From an uncultured Chloroflexia bacterium (GTDB lineage Bacteria > Chloroflexota > Ktedonobacteria > Ktedonobacterales > JADMIN01): 64,000 bases of DNA. A program made the position numbers and the translations under genes. The DNA is taken from positions 16,363 to 80,362 of the forward strand of contig CAWENW010000009.1 of the NCBI GenBank assembly GCA_963810535.1. The letters run 5' to 3'. Below the pieces are notes generated by a model. It ran no database searches. It was given only the letters and a program-made list of their open reading frames with translations, and had not been told where the DNA came from. Numbering within the stretch: the first letter of the stretch is position 1; the number at the start of each line of letters is the position of its first letter. Shown here in pieces: positions 42,155 to 52,654 of the stretch.

Positions 42155-45121
42155 TTACAGCTGCTTTACAAAAGGCGCCATGCGGAGTCTCAACGTCTGA
42201 ATTTCTCCCGCACGCAAAGTGGCGCGTAGCTTATTGTTCAAGACTCGTGCCAACGGTCGTCCGGTCGCTGCCGCCGAAGGCCGCTCGCCCAAATCTACTA
42301 CTTGCGCGTCCTCAAAGGGCGATGCCAACGTAATCTCAGCGCTCACCTCGCGTCCCATAGGATTGTACAGGCGCAGGATAAGCGCATCGCCGTCGACGGA
42401 TCGCTTAATGGCGCTAACCGAGAGACTGGGCGGCGTGACCGAAAGAAAACTCCACGCCTCCGGCAGCGAGCCGGCGCGCTCCTGCTGCTCGGTGACCATG
42501 GCACGCAGAGGAGCCTCGAAGCGATCTGCCTCCCGCAGCACCTCCGCATCGCCGGTCTCCCAGGTTCCGGCGTGCGGGACCAGCGCATACTCAAACGTTT
42601 GCCGGCCCCGACCCTGGGCTTCCGGTGTGGCAATCTGCGGACCGGCGTGGCCCTGCCGCGTTGCGAGGTCGTTGCGGGAAAGCCACCCAGTACACCGGAG
42701 CAAGGTAAGTGCCACGCCACAGCCGCCAGGCAGTCGAAGTAGCTCATATTCCGGTAAGCCGTGTGAGAGCAGCGCCAGGCCAAGCTCTCCGTCGCTCACG
42801 TCAACGAATCGCCGCTGGGGCTGGGTGTCTGCCGGCATCTCCGCCCAGGTGCTAACTGGCGACTCGCCAGCGGCGTCTGGAGTCTGGGCGCCGGCGGCGT
42901 ACGGCGCCGGGCGGCGGGTGACCTCAAAGGCTCCTTCGGCGTATGCCGAGTCTGCCAGAAACGGTAGCGGAAACACCACCCGGAGCCGATGGTCCTCCGC
43001 CTCGTTCTCAACGCTGGTGCGGAATTCCACTCTCCGGCTACCGGGCGAGAGCGAAATATCGGTCGTTATCTCGCAGTCGACGCACTCCTCCGACCTCCCG
43101 GTACGGTCTTCCAGGCAGCGAGCTGGCAATCGGTAGGTCTGCCGTACCCGGAGTGAGGCGCGTGCCGGTCCGTTCTCAAGCAGCTCCACGGCGGCCGTCC
43201 CGGTTGGAGAGTCAACGGTGACGTCGTGAGCGGGCGGGCAGTAGGTATAGAGATCGCCGACGTCCCCGCTGTCCACCAGCCGGTTCAAGCCGGAGTAGCG
43301 AGCGTTGCCGGCTTTGTCGTAGATCGTGACCAACCCGGAGTCCGCCTCCACCTCGACACGCAGCCGCTCGTTCTCCAGCCAGGTAGGCCCTGCGCCCAGC
43401 TCCAGCCGCTCTCCGGCCTCCCCCGCCACCGGTTCCCGGTGGTCATCGGCGAGAGTAGCCGAATCCGCTCGGACCGGCCGCAGGTAGAATGTCTTGCCGC
43501 CATAGGCAGGCACATTCTCGGCGACGAAGACTAACTCGGTGACGGGGGCCTCACGCGCGGTGACGTAGATAGAATGTACCCGCTCGTCTTCCGCGAGCTC
43601 CCGCAGACGCGTCAGGGCATGCTCTATCGCATCAAGGTCTGGGGCTCCCTGTTCGGCAACCAGCACCTCGATCGGCACGCTACCCGCTTCGTCAACCGGG
43701 CCGACCTGGGCATCCAGAATGGTATACCCAAGCGCTCGGCCTTCGTGTATGATGCCGAGCATGCCGACCACTACCTCTTTGTCGGCGGACTGCTCCAGCA
43801 GCACACTGCCCTGCCGGCCCATGACCTGGTGCGGCATGACCACCAACTCCGAGTCCACCACCTCGAAGCGGGAGAAATTCGTCTGCGCCGAGCAGCGTAC
43901 CGCCTCGGTTCGGGGACCGCCGGAGACATTAAAGACCACGACCGGCACACTGTGCTCCGGCCCCGACGTATCTACCTGGGAAGCGAGCTTGCGAAGAGCC
44001 CTCTCGACAAGCTCACCGGCAATCTGCTGGCTCTGGGCAAACCGCGGCATCATCTCGCGATGAACCTGGTCGATACTGCAGCCGCAGATGCTGTCGTGGG
44101 GATGATTCTCCATGAGGAATTTCCAGGCAAGGTCGAGCTGGGTAGCGGGATACGGCTCGCCCAGCACCCAGGCCCAGCAGGTAGCCGGCTCCGCCCATCG
44201 GGTAAGCAGCGCTTCGCTGGCCGCGTTCTGCTGCTTCAGCCACAGACGGGTGGAGTAGACTCCCGCCAGTAGATGCGACCGGTAGCTGCTGCGCAGCTCG
44301 CCGGAATGGATGGGCAGTTCCTTCTGGTACTCGTGGAGCGAGGCAACATACTGGGGAAGCGTCGCGATTCGCAGAGTCAGTCCTCTGGCCGCCAGCTCTG
44401 TATTTGCCGCCGCGATCGCGCGGGGTAAGCCCGCCTGGGGCATCAGATGATCTCCGCCGTTCATGAGCAGCAAGGTTCGCCTCTGCCCTGCCCAGGGCCG
44501 CATACGCGAGGCCATCACCTGGACCCTCGCGGCAAGGGCCTCGGGGTCGGTCGGCAGCAAGGCGGCGTTGGCGTAGCCGAAGTCATCGCAGAGCCAGGCA
44601 ACCAGCACCTCGCTCCCATCAGGGGCGAGCCAGCGGAAGGTGTCCCGCTTGATGTCCGGTCCCACACCGCGCCAGAAGACGGCGTTGTCGATGCCGAAAC
44701 CCTGGAGCAGCTGAGGCAGCTGGGCAATGTGGCCGAAGGTATCGGGAACATAGCCAATCGGCATAGCCCCGCCGTAGAGGGCCGAGATCGCCTGACCTTT
44801 CTGCAGGTTGCGTATCAGCGATTCCCCACCGACTAAGAATTCGTCTGGCTGCAGATACCAGGGACCGACCAGAAGCCTTCCCGACTGCGTGAGCGCCTGC
44901 AGGCGCCTGGCATTCTCGGGCCTGATCTGCAGGTAGTCCTCCAGGATAATGGTCTGGCCGTCCAGCATAAAGAACGTAAAGGCCGGATCGGATTCCAGGG
45001 TCTCAAGCACGGCGTCCAGGGTATCCACGAGCTTCATACGGAACTGCTGAAACGTCAGATACCATTCACGATCCCAGTGCGTATGTGGAACAACCAGCAG
45101 CTCGGTCTCGTTCTCGTTCAT
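42155..45121 (-). CDS. alpha-mannosidase, glycoside hydrolase family 38
   Basis: VVPHTHWDREWY at the N-terminus, NHPHDSICGCS motif, 988 aa. Confidence 0.9.
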   Translation of the reverse strand: MNENETELLVVPHTHWDREWYLTFQQFRMKLVDTLDAVLETLESDPAFTFFMLDGQTIILEDYLQIRPENARRLQALTQSGRLLVGPWYLQPDEFLVGGESLIRNLQKGQAISALYGGAMPIGYVPDTFGHIAQLPQLLQGFGIDNAVFWRGVGPDIKRDTFRWLAPDGSEVLVAWLCDDFGYANAALLPTDPEALAARVQVMASRMRPWAGQRRTLLLMNGGDHLMPQAGLPRAIAAANTELAARGLTLRIATLPQYVASLHEYQKELPIHSGELRSSYRSHLLAGVYSTRLWLKQQNAASEALLTRWAEPATCWAWVLGEPYPATQLDLAWKFLMENHPHDSICGCSIDQVHREMMPRFAQSQQIAGELVERALRKLASQVDTSGPEHSVPVVVFNVSGGPRTEAVRCSAQTNFSRFEVVDSELVVMPHQVMGRQGSVLLEQSADKEVVVGMLGIIHEGRALGYTILDAQVGPVDEAGSVPIEVLVAEQGAPDLDAIEHALTRLRELAEDERVHSIYVTAREAPVTELVFVAENVPAYGGKTFYLRPVRADSATLADDHREPVAGEAGERLELGAGPTWLENERLRVEVEADSGLVTIYDKAGNARYSGLNRLVDSGDVGDLYTYCPPAHDVTVDSPTGTAAVELLENGPARASLRVRQTYRLPARCLEDRTGRSEECVDCEITTDISLSPGSRRVEFRTSVENEAEDHRLRVVFPLPFLADSAYAEGAFEVTRRPAPYAAGAQTPDAAGESPVSTWAEMPADTQPQRRFVDVSDGELGLALLSHGLPEYELLRLPGGCGVALTLLRCTGWLSRNDLATRQGHAGPQIATPEAQGRGRQTFEYALVPHAGTWETGDAEVLREADRFEAPLRAMVTEQQERAGSLPEAWSFLSVTPPSLSVSAIKRSVDGDALILRLYNPMGREVSAEITLASPFEDAQVVDLGERPSAAATGRPLARVLNNKLRATLRAGEIQTLRLRMAPFVKQL

Positions 45122-45381
45122 TGCAGCTCCTTTGACTTGGGAGTACCCACCAGTATCCTATACCATTACCCTATACCGCGGCGCGTCGAGCCCGCATAGT
45201 CAATCTGGGTTATCGCCAGTGCGGCGGGATAGTCGTATGTGACTGTCGGTCGAATGTGTCTAAAGTAAGGTATTACTGGATTGGTTTACACAAACATCCA
45301 TATGCGTCATCGCAATTACGCACCGAGTGTGGCCGGCAACTCTACTTTCTAGAGGGGGACCAGTGGCGGACGAGCGGCAAG

Positions 45382-45457
45382 TGGTGGGTGGTACTGGACT
45401 CGAACCAGTGACCTCGTCGGTGTGAACGACGCGCTCTGCCGGCTGAGCTAACCACCC
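45382..45457 (-). tRNA. tRNA-Val (anticodon CAC)
   Basis: Reverse complement folds as GGGTGGT-TA-GCTC..GAGC-CGTCG-TTCACAC-CGACG-AGGTC-ACTGG-TTCGAGT-CCAGT-ACCACCC-A-CCA. Confidence 0.92.
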
Positions 45458-45668
45458 AGTAAAGTGTTTCCGGCGCCCGATCAGCATATCACGGCCGGTT
45501 CGAAGCGTCAACGTACACGCAGTGCCGCGCGGGAGCGGGTCGGCATAGCCGGCAGATCGCTCCCTTGACAATCGATTTGCCCAGACGGTAGACTGCGGGC
45601 ACTATCGAACCGCGAGACCGGTTTTTTGGCTACCCGGCGACTTGCCGCTGGAGAGTGATTCTCACAGG

Positions 45669-46478
45669 ATGGATACCAAGGACGTTACACGGCGTATCCT
45701 TGCACAGCGGGCTGCCCGTTACGGGGACCTCGGTCCCGACTTCGGACAGGCAGGGACCGCGCGCTTCCGGCTGGAAACCGATCGTCTCAGGCTGGGCTAT
45801 GCCCGCGCGGCCCTGGGTAGATCACCCGAGCTGGTGGCCCGGGTCATAGAGTTTGCCCAGCAAAGGCGGCGGCCGGTCCAGTGGATGGTGGTACCGCAAC
45901 GCGCCGGGGAGACCGAGCTGGTGGCTGCGCTGGAGCAGGCAGGATTTAGCAAGACCGAGGATCTTCTGCTCATGGCGTGTGGAGAGCCGATCTCCGTGCC
46001 GAGCAGCCCGGGCATCACCATCTCAACCTTGCTGAATGCGGAGCAGATGCTGGCCTACGAGTACGCCAACCGACTCTGCTTCTACGATGATACCCACCCG
46101 CTGGCGGTCGCGGTGAAGCAGCGCGCCACCGATCGGTGGCGTGAGCAGCTGGGCGGATGGTTTCGCTACTACGCCGCGTTTGTGGGAGACCGGTTGGTGG
46201 CGGGCTGCTATGCCAGCCTCTTCGAGGATATACCGACCATCATGGGAGTTCTGACCCTTCCCGAGATCCGGCGCCAGGGTGTCGCATCCCAGCTGCTTTC
46301 AACGGTCGCCTCGGATCTACTGGGAGTAGAGCGGAGCGCCTGCTGTCTCTTCGTAGAGCGGCGTAATCCCGCGCAGTACTTGTATCGGAAGCTCGGCTTC
46401 GTACATCTGGTAGACATGCTGACCTTCAATCTCGAGACGACAAGCGTGAGCGGGACGACCGCAAAAGTCGAGGGCTAG
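45669..46478 (+). CDS. GNAT family N-acetyltransferase
   Basis: Acetyl-CoA-binding style segment LPEIRRQGVASQLLSTV..; C-terminal NPAQYLYRKLGF. Confidence 0.7.
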   Translation: MDTKDVTRRILAQRAARYGDLGPDFGQAGTARFRLETDRLRLGYARAALGRSPELVARVIEFAQQRRRPVQWMVVPQRAGETELVAALEQAGFSKTEDLLLMACGEPISVPSSPGITISTLLNAEQMLAYEYANRLCFYDDTHPLAVAVKQRATDRWREQLGGWFRYYAAFVGDRLVAGCYASLFEDIPTIMGVLTLPEIRRQGVASQLLSTVASDLLGVERSACCLFVERRNPAQYLYRKLGFVHLVDMLTFNLETTSVSGTTAKVEG

Positions 46479-47086
46479 GAAGCTGACAGATAGAGTTTGC
46501 GAAAGCGTTCGCGGCCCCGGGTAAGAGTCTGGCGAACATTCGCGACCGATATTCCCAGTGTACCCGCTATCTCCTGGCAACTCATCCCATACACTGTGCG
46601 TAGGACCAGCGTCGCTCGCTGGCGCTGCGCCATCTGTTCCAGCGTGTGCTCGACTACTATCTTGTCGGCGATCTCTCGCTCAACGTCCAGCGGGTCGGCA
46701 AGATACGGCGAGTCGAATGCAGCTTCGTCGAACTCGCCGTCACCCATGGAATGCTGGTACACATCTGAAAAGCAGAGCGACTTCTTGCGCCGCAGATAGC
46801 TGATTGCCAGATTGGTGGCTACCCGATACAGCCAGGCCTCGGGTCGGTCATAGGTCTGAAGCTCCGCGAAATGCTGCCAGGACCGTAGGAACGCCTCTTG
46901 GGCCAGGTCCAGCGCTGCCTCGTTGCACGGCACCATGCGCCGCAGATAGCCGCAGAGCGGCTGCTCATACTGAGCAAAGAACGCATCAAATTCCAGGCAC
47001 TCTCCCTGCGATCTCAGAGATTCCGTCCGTGGGCTGGCGACCGGCTCTCCCACACCGGCAGATGTCTCCAACTGTAGTGTCGCCAC
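46475..47086 (-). CDS. ECF-type RNA polymerase sigma factor
   Basis: Region 2 (ALDLAQEAFLRSWQHF..WLYRVATNLAISYLRR) and region 4 HTH (MSCQEIAGTLGISVANVRQTLTRGRERF). Confidence 0.88.
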   Translation of the reverse strand: MATLQLETSAGVGEPVASPRTESLRSQGECLEFDAFFAQYEQPLCGYLRRMVPCNEAALDLAQEAFLRSWQHFAELQTYDRPEAWLYRVATNLAISYLRRKKSLCFSDVYQHSMGDGEFDEAAFDSPYLADPLDVEREIADKIVVEHTLEQMAQRQRATLVLRTVYGMSCQEIAGTLGISVANVRQTLTRGRERFRKLYLSAS

Positions 47087-47690
47087 GCGGTGCTCCTTTA
47101 TACCAGACAGAAGCTGCTTGTAGTCTGCCTGGACACCTCTCCTACTCTGCTTTCACGCCGCGACTGTCAGCATACCTACTGGATCAGGACGTATCGAGTG
47201 TAGATGCCCATACACAGTCTGGCTATGTAGCGCTTCACACTTTGTGAAGTATGATTACAGTGGCGCTCGTGTTCCGCTAGGTGACTTTTTGGCCATACTG
47301 GGGTGGGACCAGGGCGGTTTTGTCGGATGCCGGCACAATATGCTACACTAGCCGAGTACTCCGGATGGGAGCGAGACGAAGGGAAGAACACCGGCAAGTC
47401 CAGGCGGAAGCGAGGTGGGCCCTGTCGCGGGCGGGAGAGGGATGCTGTCGTGCTACAGGTCTATGCTGGCATCGCCTATGCCGCGCTGCTGATCTGCACC
47501 ATATTCAACGGGTATGTCGCCATACGCGGGCGCTCCAACGCTACCGGACACCGTATTGAGGCGCGGCTGCTGGTGTGGTGCAGCGCTTGCGCCGTCATTG
47601 GAGCGGTGATTCTGGTCATGGCGATTGCCGACTAGGCCTTCCGGCCGGTTGGCTGTATACCACAGAACCGTGGTTCGAGAGGAGCGCACC

Positions 47691-48026
47691 ATGGAGAGAA
47701 GTCCGGCGAGGAAATTCATTCGAGTAGCTGAGCGTAGCCAGGTCCCACCCGGCCGGTTGCTGCGTGTCGAAGTCTCCGGGCGCTTGCTCTGCCTGGCCAA
47801 CGTAGCCGGTACCATCTACGCGGTAGATGACGACTGCACCCATACCAGTGGGGCGCTGGATCAGGGGGAGCTGGAGGGCTACGTTTTGACCTGCCCGCTT
47901 CATCTGGCGCAGTTTGACGTACGGACCGGCACTGTACTTCGCGGGCCAGCCCGGGACGAGCTGCCCACCTACTCGGTCCGGATGGACGAGAACGACATTC
48001 TGGTGGAAGAGACGGCAGCGGATTAG
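47691..48026 (+). CDS. Rieske [2Fe-2S] domain protein
   Basis: CTHTSG..(17 aa)..CPLHLAQF. RBS GAGAGGAG upstream of the ATG at 47691. Confidence 0.85.
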   Translation: MERSPARKFIRVAERSQVPPGRLLRVEVSGRLLCLANVAGTIYAVDDDCTHTSGALDQGELEGYVLTCPLHLAQFDVRTGTVLRGPARDELPTYSVRMDENDILVEETAAD

Positions 48027-48059
48027 CGGGAGAAGCTATAAAGAGAGGATCGGTGGCAA

Positions 48060-48701
48060 TTGGAGGGATCGTCACATGTGGTATTCGGTCTGGCGGGAGC
48101 GGTGGTGGCCGAGAGCCTGTTCCATATAGCGACTCCGCCGCTGTTTCCGTTGCCGACAGATCCAGGTATACTAGCCAACACCGTGGCGATCAAAATAATC
48201 TATTATGGATTCGCCGCGCTGGGGGCGCTAGCCCCGGATATCGACAATGCCCGAAGCACCATAGGGCAGCGCGCCGGCTTGGTGAGCAAAGGAATACAGC
48301 ACATAGCCGGCCACCGGACCTTCTTTCATAGCCTGCTCGGCCTGGCGGTGGTCGGGCTGCTCATTTGGGCGGCGCAGTACACCATCGGCTTGATCCTCTA
48401 TAACCAGCTCGGCCTGGTGGCCGGTGAACAGCTGGCAAGCGGTGTAGGCCCGGGCGCCGATCTTCATTCGGGAGCCGGAGTGGCCTTCGTGGCCTTCCTC
48501 ATCGGCTATTTCCTCCATCTGGTAGCGGATAGCCTGACCCTTGGCGGGGTACCCTGGCTCTGGCCCAATCGCACGAGGTTCGGCTTCCCCCCCGAACGCA
48601 GGTGGCGTTTCAAGACGGGAACCGCAGAGGAAACCATCGTAGTGGTCGTGGTTGCGGTCCTCGTCATTGTCGGCGTCTTCTTCGGCCACCTGATCGTCTA
48701 G
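48060..48701 (+). CDS. membrane-bound metal-dependent hydrolase (DUF457/YdjM-like)
   Basis: SHVVFGLA near the N-terminus, PDIDN motif, HLVADSLT, several TM helices. Start codon uncertain. Confidence 0.7.
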   Translation: MEGSSHVVFGLAGAVVAESLFHIATPPLFPLPTDPGILANTVAIKIIYYGFAALGALAPDIDNARSTIGQRAGLVSKGIQHIAGHRTFFHSLLGLAVVGLLIWAAQYTIGLILYNQLGLVAGEQLASGVGPGADLHSGAGVAFVAFLIGYFLHLVADSLTLGGVPWLWPNRTRFGFPPERRWRFKTGTAEETIVVVVVAVLVIVGVFFGHLIV

Positions 48702-48773
48702 GGCCCTGGCTATCAACTCAACATGGACTAGGGAATTGTCCCAGCCACGGCACGCGCCTGATTTGAAACTGAT

Positions 48774-49439
48774 TTAACTGGACGCGGTCGCTGACGGGGT
48801 GGCCAGCAGCTGATTGGTATCGGCAGGCACCCAGCTGACGTTTGGCTTGAGGGTGCTGAACAGCGCCTTTACCTTCGCGCTCGATTGGCTCGACGCTATA
48901 GTAATGCCGGTATTAGACACGGTACCCAGGCAGATCGCGGTGGTAGTCTGCTGAGAGCTCTGGGTGCATTGCAGGGAGCCGGAGAGATTCGCTCGCTTGG
49001 GCGCCTCCGAAAAGCTCAACGGTATGTCTCCGGGCAGGTTCCAGGTGACGACGAGATGGCCTCCATAGACTGGGTCGTGTATCGTCCCGCCGGCCAGGAC
49101 CAGGCAGGTGCCCAGGGGAAACGAGTCCGGAAGGTACGGGGTAAAGCCCAGCTGTGAACTGACCGTCTGCCAGTTCGTGAGGGTGGTCTGGCTGGAGCTT
49201 CCATTGTCGATAAAGGTAAGGGACACCGATCCGCCGCACCAGGGCACCTTATCCGAGGCCAGAGTCGTAGGAGCGGCGGTGGTGGATGAACCACCAATGC
49301 TACATCCGCTGACCAGCATCAATGCCGCAAGTAAGGCGGTTCCGCCGAGTGCTCGCCATCTCCGGTCGACGGCTGCCCGCTCTGGCGCACTCGGCCGAGG
49401 TTGAAAGCGCACGAAATGGTGAAAGGGCGAAGAACGCAT
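48774..49439 (-). CDS. hypothetical lipoprotein
   Basis: Signal peptide plus lipobox LMLVSGCSIGG. Confidence 0.55.
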   Translation of the reverse strand: MRSSPFHHFVRFQPRPSAPERAAVDRRWRALGGTALLAALMLVSGCSIGGSSTTAAPTTLASDKVPWCGGSVSLTFIDNGSSSQTTLTNWQTVSSQLGFTPYLPDSFPLGTCLVLAGGTIHDPVYGGHLVVTWNLPGDIPLSFSEAPKRANLSGSLQCTQSSQQTTTAICLGTVSNTGITIASSQSSAKVKALFSTLKPNVSWVPADTNQLLATPSATASS

Positions 49440-49648
49440 ACGAAGATCATCTCCCTGCCTTACGGCACGTCAAGAAACTGGTGAGCTATCCGGCATACAC
49501 ACGCGGATACACTGCCCGTCGATTGAGTATAACGCACGAGCCTCGCTAGATTGTGCGGGATCAAGACTTTTATTTACTTCTTTACTTCTTCGACTCGTCC
49601 CAACCCACCCCTCTCGTCCCCTCTAGAGAGTCACCGCTGTGCTATCTG

Positions 49649-50564
49649 CTACGAATCAGTCGTGCCATCCGCCGGGTCAAGGCCGCAGATTCGTCTGGCG
49701 AGAGCGATCTGGCGGCGCTCAGCCACCCAGTCGTGTCGCCCGTCGGGCAGCTCCTCGATAGGGGTTTCCAGAATCACCAAGGCATGTGTTAGACCAGAAT
49801 AAGAGAGAAACGCTTCTAGCCCCGCTATTGGTATAACTCCCTCGCCAATGCGCGCGTGGTTGTCTAGGTGGCTGCCCAGCGATTTGGGGGTATCGTTGAG
49901 ATGAATCACCGACACTCGCGAGAGCGAGATGGTCTCATCTACCTCGGCTAGGACCTGGCGAGCTCCGGCGGGGGTCCCAATATCAAAGCCCGCGCCCCAC
50001 AGATGGGCGGTATCCAGGCAGACGCCCAGACGCTGGCGGTACCTGGGGAGGCTGTCGAGCACGGTTGCTAGATTCTCCAGGCGATAGCCCAATTTTCCCC
50101 CTCCGCCGACATCATTTTCCAAGCAGCAGCGAGACGTCGTCGGGAGCGGATTCGAGTACCTGCTCGAGGCCGCGAGCCAGTCGCTCCAGTCCTTGCTCCT
50201 CACCTGACCCCATGTGACTGCCGATGTGAAAAACCACGCTGCTGCCGCCCATATCTTTAGTGCGCTCCATGGTGGAGCGCAGCAAATCGACCGATGCGTC
50301 AAAGATATCCGGGCGGGGCGATGCTAGGTTGATGAGATAGGCGGCATGGGAGACGATCGACCGAATGTCGAATTGCTCTGCGGCTTGCACAAAGGCGTGT
50401 GACTGCTCGGGATTGGGACTGGGCGGTTTCCAGCCGCGTGGATTGGTGACAAAGACCTGCACGGCGTCACAGCCGAGCTCGCTCGCGGTCTCCAGCGCCT
50501 GCACCGGCTTACCCTCGAGGGGCATGTGGCGTCCCAGTCGCACCGATTCCTCGTCACTTTCCAT
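49649..50564 (-). pseudogene. nfo: endonuclease IV with a single frame break near 50110-50125
   Basis: 50112..50564 encodes the N-terminal half ending ..DDVSLLLGK*. The next frame continues ..LENDVGGGGKLGYRLENL..CLDTAHLWGAGFD..IHLNDTPKSLGSHLDNHARIGEG. Removing one G from TTGGAAAA restores LLLENDVGGGG. Confidence 0.8.
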
Positions 50565-50577
50565 TCAACCGGACATA

Positions 50578-51381
50578 TCAGCCGGACATGCCGGTCTCGC
50601 CGTCTCCATCTTCGCCGACACCAGCGCTGGACACGTCTACCGCTTTGCGGATACGCCGCGCCGCCCGCAAACGTCCGGCCTCGAGCGCTTCGGTCTCGGG
50701 GCTACTTGGCGCGGGCAGAGCGTCCAGGCTGGTAAGTCCAAACTGTTGCAAGAAGTCGGCAGTGGTGCCAAAAAGTACCGGACGGCCCACGGTGGGGGAA
50801 CGACCGACCTCGATGACGAGTCCATACTGTACCAGGGTGCTGAGTGCGCGGTCGCTGTTGACCCCGCGAATGAACTCGATCTGGGAGCGGGTGATCGGCT
50901 GGCGATAAGCGACTACCGCCAGCGTTTCCAGCGCCGCCTGGGTCAGCTGTATATGCGACGGCATACCCAGCAGCGCGGCGACGACGCGGGCATTTTCCGG
51001 GGCGGAGACCAGCTGCACCTGGTCCTGTATCCATTGAACCAGCAGCCCACGTCCTGGTTGCCGGCAGCGATCGCTGAGAGCGGCGACGGCTGTCTCTAAC
51101 TGGCGCGAGTCTATTTCCAGCAACTTCTGCAGCTCATTCCGGCTGAGCGGGCGCCCGGCTACAAAAAGCAAGCTTTCCAGGGCCGAGCAGGTCCGGTCGA
51201 TATCCAGCCTGCCGGCGGCGGCGGGCAAGACGTCCCGTGTCGCTTCGGCGACACTGTGGGAATCGTAGAGTGAATCCTGTCTATAGTCGGGATCCCGCGA
51301 CGTTGATGGGACTGCGCGTGGTCTTGGCATATCGGCGATTATAGCATGAGCAGGCAGTGAATGCGAGCGCTGTTGCATCAT
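50578..51381 (-). CDS. scpB: segregation and condensation protein B
   Basis: LESLLFVAGRPLS, AALETLAVVAYRQPITRSQIEFIRGVNSD..L..L...GLI, GRPVLFGTT..FL..FGL. Confidence 0.88.
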   Translation of the reverse strand: MMQQRSHSLPAHAIIADMPRPRAVPSTSRDPDYRQDSLYDSHSVAEATRDVLPAAAGRLDIDRTCSALESLLFVAGRPLSRNELQKLLEIDSRQLETAVAALSDRCRQPGRGLLVQWIQDQVQLVSAPENARVVAALLGMPSHIQLTQAALETLAVVAYRQPITRSQIEFIRGVNSDRALSTLVQYGLVIEVGRSPTVGRPVLFGTTADFLQQFGLTSLDALPAPSSPETEALEAGRLRAARRIRKAVDVSSAGVGEDGDGETGMSG

Positions 51382-51473
51382 CTCAACTGCGTGCTATACT
51401 AATTCCCGCTGGTGCACATGGTCAGCATGCCAACGCGGCCAGGCACATCAGGGGAAATTGAGGGGGCAACTGC

Positions 51474-52553
51474 ATGCGGCGCTCGATGGACGTTGATACG
51501 ACAAACCAGACGAGGTTGAGATATTCAAGACCGGCGCGTCTCCGGCTGCCGGCATTACTTCTGGTAGGAATCTTGGCCCTGGTCGGCATAGTACCAGCCT
51601 CGCTGCTTACCGTGAGCGAAGCGCATGCCGATCCCGGCAGCAACGGTATGGTCCAAATCGTGGTGCCGAACAACAACGGTTCGTCGCAGGGTCCGGTGGG
51701 AACCAATATCACCATAAGCGGCACCGGCTTGACGCCCAGTGACACCTACACGGTCGGGTACGCTCCCCAGGACACCGGCGGCTGCAGCTCCGGGGTAACC
51801 CCTCTGGAGGGCGTTGGCACCGTTATGACCGACGGAAACGGCAACCTGACCGCCGACGATACCTTCCAATGGCCGCAGTCGCTAGCCAATGTGGGAAGCG
51901 CATACTTCATCTGTCTGCAGGACGCCGCTAACTCGGTGGCTCAATCTCAGACGACCTTTACGGTAGCCGGCAGCTCTCCACCGGCGATCCAGATAAAGCC
52001 GGCGGCGGTCTCCAGCCCCGGTACCACGACCCCAACTCCGCCGTCAGGGTTCTATCCCGGCGGAGCAATTGAGGTAGACGGCAGCAGCTATTTGCCGGGC
52101 GGTACCGAGCTCCAGGTGTATCTTAGCAGCACTCCGATCTCGACGACCGCTCAGCTGAGCCAGGCTACCCAGCTTTCACTGGTGCAGGGCCAGAGCATCA
52201 CCTCGTCCAACTCGGGACAGGTGACCGCCGTCGTCCAGATCCCCACCTCGGTGGGGCCAGGCCAGTATTATCTGTACCTGGTCAGCACGGATAGTCAGGG
52301 CACTGCGCTGCCTTCGCTTATGAACAACGTCGGCATCTCCATTACCACGGCTCCCGCGCCGACCCCCACCACGGTGCCCGCCACGGTGACGCCGACACAG
52401 GGCACCACGTCGCCCATCACGCCGTCTGCTCCGAGTGGACCCAGCTCCGGCCAGCTAGCTGCGGTCGTCGGGCTTGGCTTCGTAAGCTTCGTGCTCTTTG
52501 TCGTCGGCATCTTCCTACTGGTCTCGGCCTCCATGATGCCGCGTGAGGCGTGA
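51474..52553 (+). CDS. secreted Thr/Ser/Pro-rich protein with C-terminal TM anchor
   Basis: N-terminal signal/TM segment and a C-terminal hydrophobic anchor LAAVVGLGFVSFVLFVVGIFLLV. Confidence 0.55.
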   Translation: MRRSMDVDTTNQTRLRYSRPARLRLPALLLVGILALVGIVPASLLTVSEAHADPGSNGMVQIVVPNNNGSSQGPVGTNITISGTGLTPSDTYTVGYAPQDTGGCSSGVTPLEGVGTVMTDGNGNLTADDTFQWPQSLANVGSAYFICLQDAANSVAQSQTTFTVAGSSPPAIQIKPAAVSSPGTTTPTPPSGFYPGGAIEVDGSSYLPGGTELQVYLSSTPISTTAQLSQATQLSLVQGQSITSSNSGQVTAVVQIPTSVGPGQYYLYLVSTDSQGTALPSLMNNVGISITTAPAPTPTTVPATVTPTQGTTSPITPSAPSGPSSGQLAAVVGLGFVSFVLFVVGIFLLVSASMMPREA

Positions 52554-52654
52554 CTTGATGCCGCGTGAGACGTAAGATGGTATAGTCTCCAGTGTTGGGA
52601 GTACAGCGGTCGAGACACAACCCTTAGACACAACCCTTAAAGAACGGTAGCATC

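Noticed and set aside
42219-44836. Several 100-300-aa plus-strand ORFs inside the GH38 mannosidase gene; similar shadow ORFs in the ABC ATPase (1956-2567), pyrC (25851-26633), icd (36322-37182) and the MeaB fusion (57364-57948)
   Set aside because: In each case the opposite or alternate frame encodes a protein with unambiguous conserved motifs. The shadow ORFs lack start contexts and have skewed composition.
47303-47635. 110-aa ORF upstream of the Rieske gene as a CDS (possible anti-sigma partner of the ECF sigma factor)
   Set aside because: It is divergent from, not downstream of, the sigma gene. The first half is Arg/Gly-rich with no RBS. Only the last about 60 aa look like a membrane protein, which is too weak to annotate.
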